A stretch of 12,040 bases of DNA. Source: Candidatus Heimdallarchaeota archaeon (lineage in GTDB: Archaea > Asgardarchaeota > Heimdallarchaeia > Hodarchaeales > Hodarchaeaceae). Shown here in pieces: positions 1 to 8,823 of the stretch (positions are counted from its first letter, which is position 1; every line of letters starts with the position of its first letter). The notes beneath the pieces are model-generated. The model saw nothing but the letters and a program-made list of their open reading frames with translations. It did no database searches and was not told the origin of the DNA. A program made the position numbers and the translations under genes. Location: assembly GCA_019057635.1 (NCBI GenBank), contig DXJL01000146.1, positions 1 to 12,040 on the forward strand, read 5' to 3'.

Positions 1-13
1 AGAGGAGTAATAA

Positions 14-751
14 ATGTCACTTCAACGAATTTTAGCTCGAGGACGTTCATTTGATGAAAAAAATTCATCACAAGATTATAAAAAGGAAGATATTACTGTT
101 AGGTTTTACAGAATATTAGCAAGACCAATTGTCGCCCGTCTTGAACCACATACATTCATCACACCTAATCGTCTTACTTGGTTTGGCTTTTATTTTGTTC
201 TTCTTGGAGCAGGCTTACTCGTTGTAGCTGAAAGCAATATTATCTTGCTTTTTATTGTTGGATTTAGTTACTGGTTTGCAGCATATGTAGATACATTGGA
301 TGGAATGCTTGCACGTTTACGTAATGCTTCAAGCAAAAATGGAGAATGGTTAGATAGTGTTCTTGAAGAGGGAAAAGGGTACATTTTCTTTCTTGCATTA
401 GGATTACATATACAGGATGCGGCTGGCCAATTTACCCTAACGCTCGGATCATGGGAATTTGGCCCATTAAATATTTGGTTCATGTTATTCCTAATGTATG
501 GGGCGGAACGATGGGTAGCTTTGATGGCAGTATGGGGAAATTTTATTCTTGATGAACCTAGAGTAGTATCATTTGGAAACGTATACATTTTTTGGGTTAT
601 CCTTGTTTTATATCCGATTCTTCTTCCCACTTTGAATATCTTTAGTTGGACCATTGTTATCTACACAATTGGATCAATTTTTGCAGCTAGTTGGACACTT
701 TTTGAGAAGACTTTTCTTTATTCACCGCAAAAAGCTTCTGATAAATCTTAA
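14..751 (+). CDS. CDP-alcohol phosphatidyltransferase family membrane protein
   Basis: Contains TPNRLT and the family signature DxxDGxxAR(x8)GxxxDxxx[D/E] as DTLDGMLARLRNASSKNGEWLDSVLE. About 6 hydrophobic segments. GAGGAG Shine-Dalgarno-like sequence at 2-7. Confidence 0.88.
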   Translation: MSLQRILARGRSFDEKNSSQDYKKEDITVRFYRILARPIVARLEPHTFITPNRLTWFGFYFVLLGAGLLVVAESNIILLFIVGFSYWFAAYVDTLDGMLARLRNASSKNGEWLDSVLEEGKGYIFFLALGLHIQDAAGQFTLTLGSWEFGPLNIWFMLFLMYGAERWVALMAVWGNFILDEPRVVSFGNVYIFWVILVLYPILLPTLNIFSWTIVIYTIGSIFAASWTLFEKTFLYSPQKASDKS

Positions 752-767
752 ATGCCAGTCAGGATAA

Positions 768-1562
768 TTAACGTTTTGGGGGAGGAGTAAAAAATAGAAA
801 TTGTGCATATGCCGGCAATTCTACTACTTTAGAAAAGTCAACGTTTCGGACTTCTAATTCTGCGTAAAGATGTTTTAAACCAATTTCATAGATTTGCTCA
901 GGAATTTGTCGTTGGTGTGTAAATACTTTGTTCTTAAGAAATCGAACTAAGGTACTAATTGTGATGTTGTAAGATCGCTTGAGATTAGTTTCGCGATATC
1001 CCCATCCTCTCTGACTAAAAAATACTTTTAACCCTTTTCTAATAAGGTCATTTTTAAAATAATGTCTATATCCTTCCTCCAGCAATCGTTGATAGAATAT
1101 TTTAAATGGTAAAGACTGTTCATGATCAACGTAGGCATTTAGGTCAATATAAATACCAGAGGAGGATAGGGAATCTAAAATACTACTAATAAGATGAAAG
1201 TGATCTTTCACTTGATGTAAAACATGAGAAGTCAATATCAAGTCAAATTTTGATTTAAAAGGTAGGTGATTTCCATCCGCGGCAATTAGAGCTAATGTTT
1301 CGCTCACAGCAGGATTTTGCAGACATTGATACAACATCGATTGTGAAATATCAACACCATACACGTCAGTAGAAAAAGCGTTGGCTATACAATGTGCTAT
1401 TCTTCCTGTTCCTACCCCGATTTCCAAACTTTTCATAAGTGAGCTAAGTGGAACTGTTTCTTTCAAAGTCGTACATATATCGCGATATAATCCAGAAGGA
1501 AGTGCTCGAGTTTCATCATAAAATGAAGCACTCCAATCGAAGCAACCGAGATTGTCTTTCAT
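768..1562 (-). CDS. Class I SAM-dependent methyltransferase, substrate unknown
   Basis: N-terminal FDxxAxxYDxxR, motif I LEIGVGTGRIA, GVDIS-x-SML, ADGNHLPF and FDLILTSHVLH. Confidence 0.9.
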   Translation of the reverse strand: MKDNLGCFDWSASFYDETRALPSGLYRDICTTLKETVPLSSLMKSLEIGVGTGRIAHCIANAFSTDVYGVDISQSMLYQCLQNPAVSETLALIAADGNHLPFKSKFDLILTSHVLHQVKDHFHLISSILDSLSSSGIYIDLNAYVDHEQSLPFKIFYQRLLEEGYRHYFKNDLIRKGLKVFFSQRGWGYRETNLKRSYNITISTLVRFLKNKVFTHQRQIPEQIYEIGLKHLYAELEVRNVDFSKVVELPAYAQFLFFTPPPKR

Positions 1563-1734
1563 GACAGATTTTTCCCTTCGTTACTTCTTATCAATGAAGG
1601 AAAAGCAAATTGGAATAAAAGAATGTTGCCAAAAACAATAATATTATATCCCGAAGACAACTCTCTCGAGATAGCATCTAGAAAAATCAAAATTTCTTAT
1701 CAAATAAAATATTAAGAACTGAACATTTTTCCAT

Positions 1735-1750
1735 ATCAAAGTTTTAAAGT
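1735..1750 (+). promoter_or_regulatory. Candidate archaeal BRE/TATA promoter for cysS
   Basis: ATCAAAGTTTTAAAGT: A-rich stretch followed by TTTTAAA about 65 bp upstream of ATG 1814. AGGTG SD-like sequence at 1802-1806. The region is AT-rich, so a chance match is possible. Confidence 0.35.
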
Positions 1751-1813
1751 AGCCATTGTTACTAGAGCTCACTCAAATTAAATAAAAGTGGGTATAAACA
1801 TAGGTGTTACATT

Positions 1814-3229
1814 ATGAGACTTTATAATTCCCTTACACGACAGATTGAAGAACTCAAACCAATAGAAAAGAATAAAATCCGCTTTTATTCCTGTGGTCAG
1901 ACTATTTATCTTGATATGCATATAGGGAATGCTCGGACATATTCATTCTGGGATGTCCTTGTCAGATACTTACGATGGAGAGGATATGACGTATTCTGGG
2001 TTCAAAATTTCACTGATGTGGGTCATCTAACCGATGATGCGGACGAAGGAGAAGATAAAATCATAAAAAGTGCAAGAGATAAAAATATTGAACCAATGGT
2101 TTTGGTAGAAACAAACATCAGAAGTTTCTATGACGATATTGACCCTTTGAATATACAGCGTGCCGATATTTACCCTCGTGCTTCAGGGCATATTGTCGAA
2201 CAAATTGATCACGTAAAGGATTTACTTGACAAAGGATACGCCTACGAGGTAAATGGATCAATTTATTTTGACACAACTAAATTTCCGACGTATGGACAGC
2301 TGAGTCCTACACGTTATGAAGAGGAATCAGCAGAAGCAAGAATTGCGGTTAACCCAGATAAAAAAAATCCACGGGATTTCGCTTTGTGGATACGTGCTCC
2401 TCCAGAGCATTTGATGAAGTGGACATCCCCATGGGGACTGGGCTACCCTGGTTGGCATCTCGAGTGCAGCGTTATGTCTCAGAAATATTTAGGAGACACT
2501 CTAGATATTCATTCAGGCGGTATAGACCACCTTAATCTTCATCATGATAATGAAATTGCCCAATCAGAAGCTCGGACAGGAAAAAAGTTCTGCAATATGT
2601 GGTTACATGCAGCTTTTTTGACTGTAGATGGAGAGCGAATGGGGAAATCTAAAGGAAACTACATTTTTGTCCGAGAATTACTCCAAAAAAATGATCCTAT
2701 GTTAGTCCGACTATTCTTAGTAAACGGACATTATCGAAAAGCTGTAGATTTTAATCAAGATGTCCTCAAACAGACACAAATTCTCCTTGACCGGCTACGA
2801 ACCGCTGTTGCATCACTCGAACACGCACCAGGTGGAAAGAAAACTGGTTTAAAGGCAGCTATTACTGAGGTTGAAGAAGCATTTATCAAAGCCATGGATG
2901 AAGATCTAAATACCGTAGGGGCTATTCAAGCGATAATGCAATTTACCAAGAAAGTTAACAACTCCTTAGATAATAAAAAGATAATCTTAAAACAAGCTCA
3001 AGAAAAAATTATAACTCTTATGGGTGTATTAGGAGTTCGGTTAGATATGACTACAACTACAGGAGAATCGTCTCTTCCTGCTCTTGTAGAATTACTTATT
3101 GAGTTACGAGCTGATTTACGAGTAGCAAAACAGTATGAACTGGCAGATAAAATAAGAAGCTCTTTAACTGACTTGAATATTCAGCTCGAAGACAAACCTG
3201 AAGGAACCATCTGGAAATTCAAAAGCTAA
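1814..3229 (+). CDS. cysS: Cysteine--tRNA ligase
   Basis: LYNSLTR start, YSCGQTIY..HIGN (HIGH motif), NFTDV..EDKII, DFALW, SPWGLGYPGWHLECS, DIHSGGID..HHDNE, RMGKSKGN (KMSKS variant), AMDEDLNT and C-terminal ADKIRxxL..LED anticodon-binding region. Confidence 0.97.
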   Translation: MRLYNSLTRQIEELKPIEKNKIRFYSCGQTIYLDMHIGNARTYSFWDVLVRYLRWRGYDVFWVQNFTDVGHLTDDADEGEDKIIKSARDKNIEPMVLVETNIRSFYDDIDPLNIQRADIYPRASGHIVEQIDHVKDLLDKGYAYEVNGSIYFDTTKFPTYGQLSPTRYEEESAEARIAVNPDKKNPRDFALWIRAPPEHLMKWTSPWGLGYPGWHLECSVMSQKYLGDTLDIHSGGIDHLNLHHDNEIAQSEARTGKKFCNMWLHAAFLTVDGERMGKSKGNYIFVRELLQKNDPMLVRLFLVNGHYRKAVDFNQDVLKQTQILLDRLRTAVASLEHAPGGKKTGLKAAITEVEEAFIKAMDEDLNTVGAIQAIMQFTKKVNNSLDNKKIILKQAQEKIITLMGVLGVRLDMTTTTGESSLPALVELLIELRADLRVAKQYELADKIRSSLTDLNIQLEDKPEGTIWKFKS

Positions 3230-3241
3230 TGAACTTATAGA

Positions 3242-5032
3242 CTAGATTCCTAATTCTCTTATTTTTTCAGATATGGGCACACCATTGGAATCCCATCCAC
3301 GGAGGGAATAATATTCACTTTTTGTGTCTTCAAATTCGCTTTGTTTGATAACTTGGCCTTTAGGATCTCCTCTAGGAGCAGGTTCGTCCGAGAATCGTTG
3401 AGGAAGTACGTCATCTTTCGCTGAAATCCCTTCACGTACATTAAACATACGAGTAAGATTCCAGATTCGTTCTCCAGTTAATAAATAGCTTTTTTCTGTA
3501 TAATCCAAGCCTGTAGCCGCATTCAACATCTCAACCATTTCGGGGACATCAAAGGGTAGAAAATCACATACTACGAGCGAATTACAGGCCGCTCTCTCGT
3601 CCTGCGAAGTTTTAACAAACTGAGGAACTCCTTCAAATGAGAACCGCGTCAATCGTCCATCCAATTCTGCACCAGGAGTCCAACATCTTTGATGACACCC
3701 ACCTCTATCTGAAGTAGCATATGCTAAAGCCATTCCAAAAGATCCACGAGGTTCAACACCGGCTAATTCTAGTCCTTTTACTTGAATCGCGTACGAACTA
3801 CTGTCATGGCCTAATTTTTTGGCGGCAGATAATGATCCTTGGGCAAAAAAGTCACCAATTCCTTTTCTAAAAGCTATCAGTCGAAGCATTGCATGGACAG
3901 CATCATCATTTCCAAATTCAAGGGTATTAATTTCATTTTGACAGAGCAGTCCTTTTTCTGTGGCCTCCATTGCAAAAGCTATGGTACCACCTGCAGTGAT
4001 CGTATCAAAGCCTAGATCGTCACAGATCTCATTTGCCTTTGCAATAGCTCCCAGATCATTCAGACCACAACTTGCTCCAAGAAGAGCAGTGGTTTCGTAT
4101 TCCGGCCCATCTACTTCGAGTCCAGCGTACTTTCCCTGGTCAAAGCGAGTGGTTTTTCCGCACGCAATACTGCATCGATAACAAGCTGTATGTCCCACCA
4201 CAAATTCGTCACGCATACGCTCTCCTGAAATTTTGTCTGCGTCTTCGAACACTCCTGCTTGAAAATTGTGCGTGGGAAGAAATCCAGCCTCATTCGCCAT
4301 TTTAACCCACATAACGGTACCAATTTCATGTCTGCGTTTTACTCCAGGATTATTGCGGACCTTCTTTGTAAAAGTTCGAGTAAGTTTTTTGAACAGCTCT
4401 GGGTCATTAGCATCTATTTTTTCAGTACCATGGGTAACAATTGCCTTCAGGTTCTTCGAACCCATGACTGCTCCTGCTCCTCCGCGTCCTGCTGTGTGAG
4501 TTCGATCTGTGACAATATTAGCGAAAGTCACCAGATTTTCACCCGCTGGACCAATAGCACACACTTCAACCCCTGGATGTTGCTTCTTAAGTAACGATTC
4601 TGTTTCATATGTCCCTTTTCCCCAGTAATCAGTGGCTGTATGAAGATCTATACCGTCGGACGTAACCTCTAAATATTTTGGTTCTGCAGCTTGGCCTTTA
4701 ATAGTAATGTAATCAAAACCTGCTCGTTTTAGACGGTGACCAAATTTTCCTCCTACATGACTATCTAAGAAGATCCCAGTATGAGGTGATTTAGTAACAA
4801 CAGTCCAACGTCCTGAAGTTTGAACTGAAGTTCCTGTTAACGGCCCAGTCATCAGCAGTAATACATTTTCTGGACTGAGGGGATCAACCTTTGGCGATAG
4901 AGTATCATAGAGGATTTTTGCTCCGAGTCCCTTCCCTCCGATCCATGTCTTACCATATGATTTATCGATTGTTTTCTCCGCGATTTTTTCTGTACTCAAA
5001 TTAACCTCTAGAAATTTGCCCATATAACCCAT
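3242..5032 (-). CDS. aor: Aldehyde:ferredoxin oxidoreductase family (W/Mo-bis-pterin, 4Fe-4S) protein
   Basis: GYMGKFLEVNLS, IGGKGLG, KSPHTG, IGPAGENLV, GRGGAGAVMGSKNLKAI, CYRCSIAC, GPEYET, CDDLGFDTI, DRGGCH, LVVCDF and YYSLRGWD. Confidence 0.95.
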   Translation of the reverse strand: MGYMGKFLEVNLSTEKIAEKTIDKSYGKTWIGGKGLGAKILYDTLSPKVDPLSPENVLLLMTGPLTGTSVQTSGRWTVVTKSPHTGIFLDSHVGGKFGHRLKRAGFDYITIKGQAAEPKYLEVTSDGIDLHTATDYWGKGTYETESLLKKQHPGVEVCAIGPAGENLVTFANIVTDRTHTAGRGGAGAVMGSKNLKAIVTHGTEKIDANDPELFKKLTRTFTKKVRNNPGVKRRHEIGTVMWVKMANEAGFLPTHNFQAGVFEDADKISGERMRDEFVVGHTACYRCSIACGKTTRFDQGKYAGLEVDGPEYETTALLGASCGLNDLGAIAKANEICDDLGFDTITAGGTIAFAMEATEKGLLCQNEINTLEFGNDDAVHAMLRLIAFRKGIGDFFAQGSLSAAKKLGHDSSSYAIQVKGLELAGVEPRGSFGMALAYATSDRGGCHQRCWTPGAELDGRLTRFSFEGVPQFVKTSQDERAACNSLVVCDFLPFDVPEMVEMLNAATGLDYTEKSYLLTGERIWNLTRMFNVREGISAKDDVLPQRFSDEPAPRGDPKGQVIKQSEFEDTKSEYYSLRGWDSNGVPISEKIRELGI

Positions 5033-5056
5033 AATTCTTCATCTCTTTATGTACAC

Positions 5057-6100
5057 TCAAAGTCGGGTAATTGTTCGATGAATGTCCAGAATATCGGTTA
5101 GGAGGGCATATCCCGTGGCTGCACGACCCGCACCAGGACCTATAATGGTGACTTCCCCTAGATGTTTGGTTGTATAGGTCAAAGCGTTAATCGGACCACT
5201 CACAGCTGCAAGAGGGTGTTCCAACGGTAATTTCTCTGGTTTTACAGCAGCTTTTACAGATCCATCTGACTGGATTTCTGCACTGGCGATTAATTTCCAT
5301 CGATTTCCTTCCTGTTTAGCTGTTTCGATATCTTGAGGAGTGATTTTAGTAATTCCTTGGCAAGAAACCTCATCTTTTGTCAAATTCGCATTCATAACTA
5401 CATTTGCTAGAATGACAATTTTCCCTAAGGCATCAAATCCCTCTACATCGGCGGTTGGATCAGCTTCTGCATATCCTAATTCCTGTGCTTGCTTCAAGGC
5501 GCTAGTATAATCAAGACCCTTTTCCATTTCAGTAAGAATATAATTTGTAGTCCCATTTACGATTCCAGCTACCTTTGATATCTGTACTCCAGCCAAATTA
5601 TTAAGCCCCAAATTAATAGCGGGCGTTCCACTCAAAACAGTGCCTTCAAAGCGTACTTGAACACCATTATTCTCGGCCATAGCAAGCAATTCACGTACGG
5701 CGAGAGCAATTGGGCCTTTATTTGTCATAACAATGTGTTTGTAACATTTAATTGCTGATTTCACGTGAGAAATAGCTGGTTCACCTGTTTTGATATCTGT
5801 CCATGATACCTCGACAATCAGGTTTGCATTTGTTTCTGTTATCGTTTTCTGACTATCCCAGCCCTTTATTCCTTCAGGATAGTCGTTAATCTTTCCTGTT
5901 GCTTTCACAATATCTAAGATCTTCTGAAGATGAAGACCATTTTCATCATAAACTGACCCTTTCATCATATCAGAAATGGCCACGACTTGAAAATTAAATC
6001 CATAGCGTTCTGAAAGCTCTTCTTTTTGTTCTACTAAGATTTCAGCGAGTCCTTGACCGACTACACCAAATCCAATGAATGCTATTCTTGTTAAACTCAT
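5057..6100 (-). CDS. hom: Homoserine dehydrogenase (short form, no ACT domain)
   Basis: Rossmann GFGVVG, TNKGP, FEGTVLSGTP, GIVNGTTNYIL, AQELGYAEADPTADVEGFDALGK and GPGAG. 347 aa with no C-terminal ACT domain. Confidence 0.95.
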   Translation of the reverse strand: MSLTRIAFIGFGVVGQGLAEILVEQKEELSERYGFNFQVVAISDMMKGSVYDENGLHLQKILDIVKATGKINDYPEGIKGWDSQKTITETNANLIVEVSWTDIKTGEPAISHVKSAIKCYKHIVMTNKGPIALAVRELLAMAENNGVQVRFEGTVLSGTPAINLGLNNLAGVQISKVAGIVNGTTNYILTEMEKGLDYTSALKQAQELGYAEADPTADVEGFDALGKIVILANVVMNANLTKDEVSCQGITKITPQDIETAKQEGNRWKLIASAEIQSDGSVKAAVKPEKLPLEHPLAAVSGPINALTYTTKHLGEVTIIGPGAGRAATGYALLTDILDIHRTITRL

Positions 6101-6146
6101 TTTTTTTGCCTTCTAAATTCTTTATCATCAAAAATTGTAGTTTTTC

Positions 6147-7310
6147 TTATACCAAAGCTTCCTTAATCTGAGAAATTGCCTGTTGAATAGTGGTAACATC
6201 AGTAGCATAGGAAAACCGAAGATATCCCTCACCATTAGCACCAAATATTGTACCAGGTAAACAAGCCACTCCAGAATTATTGAGAAGAAAATCTGCTAAC
6301 TCCTTGGAAGACATTCCAGTTTTCCTGATGTTGGGAAAGGCATAGAAAGCCCCCTGAGGTGTTAAACAGGAAAATCCAGGAATTTTATTCAATCCTTTAA
6401 CGATGGCATCACGTCGTTTCCGAAAAGCTTGCATATTAGCATGCAAATCGGTTTGTGGCCCCGTTAAGGCTGAAATTCCCGCTTTTTGGATGAAAGATGT
6501 TACACATGAAACTGTTGTAGAGATTAACAAGCCCATTCGATCCATGATTCTTTCAGGAGCAATTGCATACCCCAATCTCCAACCTGTCATATTATAAGCT
6601 TTGGAAAACCCATCCAGAATTATCGTTCTTTCTTTTGTCTGATCTCGAATACTTGGAGAATAGAACTTCTGGTCATAAGTCATTTTTGAGTAGATCTCAT
6701 CAGTCAACAGATAAAAATCATGTTCCTCAGCTAATTCAGCAACCCGATTGATTTCATCTTGCTCCATAACTGATCCAGTCGGATTCATCGGAGAGTTGAT
6801 TATTACTACTTTTGTATTTTTAGTTATAGTGGATTCTATATCATCGGGATCTAATCGAAACTTGTTCTCTTCCTTCAATGGTATAGGTTTCTTTTTACAA
6901 CCCAGATAATTAAGAACAGCACCATAGGTAGGAAAACTGGGATCAGAATAGATTACTTCATCTGTATGATGAGAGACTATTGCTCGGAGTGTGAAGTAGA
7001 TTCCGGGATTTGCGCCTGGGGTGACCAATATTTGTTCTACCGTTGGCCTAAAACCCCGAGTGGATTCTATTTCATTCTGAATCGCCTGGCGAAGCTCAAG
7101 AACACCTGCTGCTGCTACATACCCAGTGAAATTATCATCTAAAGCTTGTTTAGCTGCCTCTTTTACATGGGTGGGAGTGGGAAAATCTGGTTGACCTATT
7201 TCGAAGTGAAGAATAGTTTTACCAGCTCGTTCCAAGGCTTTGGCTTTTGATAGTACTTCGAAAATACCCGCACCTGTCCTAAGACTCTCAAAATCCAGTT
7301 CTTCATTCAT
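6147..7310 (-). CDS. PLP-dependent class I/II aminotransferase (aspartate aminotransferase-like)
   Basis: IGQPDFPTP, NSPMNPTG, DEIY, GFSKAYNMTGWRLG (PLP lysine), PQGAFYAF and GYLRFSYA. Confidence 0.93.
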   Translation of the reverse strand: MNEELDFESLRTGAGIFEVLSKAKALERAGKTILHFEIGQPDFPTPTHVKEAAKQALDDNFTGYVAAAGVLELRQAIQNEIESTRGFRPTVEQILVTPGANPGIYFTLRAIVSHHTDEVIYSDPSFPTYGAVLNYLGCKKKPIPLKEENKFRLDPDDIESTITKNTKVVIINSPMNPTGSVMEQDEINRVAELAEEHDFYLLTDEIYSKMTYDQKFYSPSIRDQTKERTIILDGFSKAYNMTGWRLGYAIAPERIMDRMGLLISTTVSCVTSFIQKAGISALTGPQTDLHANMQAFRKRRDAIVKGLNKIPGFSCLTPQGAFYAFPNIRKTGMSSKELADFLLNNSGVACLPGTIFGANGEGYLRFSYATDVTTIQQAISQIKEALV

Positions 7311-7336
7311 GGTTCTGCCACTATCCGTTAATAGTA

Positions 7337-8617
7337 TTACCGATGGTGAAGATGACGCGCAGCAATGAAACTCAAACCTTTTTCCGTCAATGCATATGCC
7401 GTTGAATTGATAGCATCCATACGATCGAAATAATTTTGTTTCATGTAATCCCAGTGGCCAGCTTCTATGATTTCCGATTTATCACGAAAATAATCGAGGA
7501 TGTCAGTAGGATAATCCCGGGTTGGTTCCACATCTACGTTTCCTCCCTCATGCTTCGCACTAATGTTCTTCACATTTGGTGCAAGTTCTACTAACTCTGC
7601 CCGTCGATCGTAAGGTTGTCGTACAATGCTTTTCCAAGTTTCGGTTATATGATGTTCTAAGCGTACGACATCTTCAAAACCGAAATTATTCCTGATATAT
7701 GCACTCAATTCCAGTGTTTGGTTATTTACTGAGTTAGAAAGATTAAACCCAATTAAAGGACTTGATCCATCATCTCGTGCAAATAGTTTAGCCGCTAATA
7801 ACGTCCAGAAACAGGAAAAAGGGTTGTCATTACCAACAAAAACAGAAATCTTGAACTCATTATTGATCCCCAATTTATGTATGAAATAGCCAAGCAAAAT
7901 TGTTCCCAGATTAATGTTTAAAACTTGCTGGACTCCGTACGTGGTATAGTAATAGAGGTATTCATCGATCCATTTCATAGCAAAATCATTTGGTTGGCCA
8001 ACTCCTCCGAAATATCCCGTTATAGTCGCAGGGCCTCCTAGATGCACATTCACAGGGGCGCCATCTGGTCCTGGAGCAGTTCCTTTCGTATCCAACGTTT
8101 CAACAATAGAAGCGCCAATAATTTTCGTTGCGGCAGACATTGCTAAAAGATCCCCATCATCCTCCTGTTCTTTCATTTTCCGTACACGGATAATTCTGCC
8201 AGGAAGTAAGGTTTCCCTTCCAAGCGCTTGATTGGCTCCTTCCATGAAAAATGGAAAGTACTGACATGCCGATAGTTCGAGGGTGACAGCAAATTCGTCG
8301 TTAAAGGAAATATCTGGTAATCGACCCCCTAAAACTCGTCTACGATATTCTGACACACTTATAAAAGCTTCATTATCACGTTTGTCAATTAACCAATCCA
8401 GATCTTTCACGTAATCAGGTTGTTTGTTTTGAAGACGAGTCATGAGATTATCTAACTGACCAGCTTCATCCGCTTTCTTATTTATCTCATCCACTCCTCC
8501 ATATTTGTCTATTACTTGTAAAAGATCATTTATGAGTGGATTATCAGGATTCAGTAAAAAATCATTAATTTCTTTAAGATTCTTATCAGGAATCTGTAGT
8601 TTATGACGAAGATCCAT
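7337..8617 (-). CDS. Uncharacterised soluble protein (~426 aa), probable (beta/alpha)8 barrel enzyme; first gene of the aminotransferase-hom-aor operon
   Basis: Long ORF. Start moved from GTG 8662 to ATG 8617 (MDLRHKL), which has GTGAGG just upstream. Helical N-terminus, then alternating strand/helix pattern and a Gly-rich loop. No family motif recognised. Confidence 0.8.
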   Translation of the reverse strand: MDLRHKLQIPDKNLKEINDFLLNPDNPLINDLLQVIDKYGGVDEINKKADEAGQLDNLMTRLQNKQPDYVKDLDWLIDKRDNEAFISVSEYRRRVLGGRLPDISFNDEFAVTLELSACQYFPFFMEGANQALGRETLLPGRIIRVRKMKEQEDDGDLLAMSAATKIIGASIVETLDTKGTAPGPDGAPVNVHLGGPATITGYFGGVGQPNDFAMKWIDEYLYYYTTYGVQQVLNINLGTILLGYFIHKLGINNEFKISVFVGNDNPFSCFWTLLAAKLFARDDGSSPLIGFNLSNSVNNQTLELSAYIRNNFGFEDVVRLEHHITETWKSIVRQPYDRRAELVELAPNVKNISAKHEGGNVDVEPTRDYPTDILDYFRDKSEIIEAGHWDYMKQNYFDRMDAINSTAYALTEKGLSFIAARHLHHR

Positions 8618-8677
8618 AGGCCTCACATTTTCAGCAAAAAAATGAACGAATTCAGTTTGCACAACTCCGTATCTTAC

Positions 8678-8701
8678 GCCTATTTATTTATTATTATAGG
8701 C
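8678..8701. promoter_or_regulatory. Inverted repeat in the divergent promoter region between the operon and the Lrp-RAM gene
   Basis: GCCTAT-TTATTTATTATT-ATAGGC: 6-bp arms around a 12-nt all-A/T spacer. The minus strand reads TATAATAA at 8698-8691. Confidence 0.4.
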
Positions 8702-8823
8702 AGGAAAAAAAAGAGGCACACAAACATTTTTTAATCCCTTAGTGAGACAAATGGGTTTGTAGTCAAAATAGACAAAAGAAAGATATTTTCTTGTGTGACA
8801 CAAAAATCAAGAGTGGATATATC

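Noticed and set aside
268-654. 128-aa minus-strand ORF
   Set aside because: Antisense shadow fully inside the CDP-alcohol phosphatidyltransferase gene, with no motifs.
1569-1604. Imperfect hairpin TTTTCCCTTC...ATGAAGGAAAA as a possible SECIS or structured RNA
   Set aside because: Weak A/T-rich pairing, and no gene in the window needs an in-frame UGA read through.
1563-1813. Intergenic regions (also 9064-9313) checked for tRNA, CRISPR repeats, riboswitch or IS ends
   Set aside because: No cloverleaf, repeated units, terminal inverted repeats or GC-rich stems were visible. They look like ordinary AT-rich promoter DNA.
3259-4594. Six short ORFs (60-111 aa) overlapping aor on both strands
   Set aside because: All lie within the intact, motif-rich aor frame, with no SD sequences or protein-like motifs seen.
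6403-6751. Two short plus-strand ORFs
   Set aside because: Antisense shadows of the aminotransferase.
8618-8823. Upstream GTG (8662) and TTG (8791) starts given by the ORF track
   Set aside because: Downstream ATGs fit better: 8617 has an SD-like sequence and 8824 matches the RAM domain boundary. The extensions run into the divergent promoter region.
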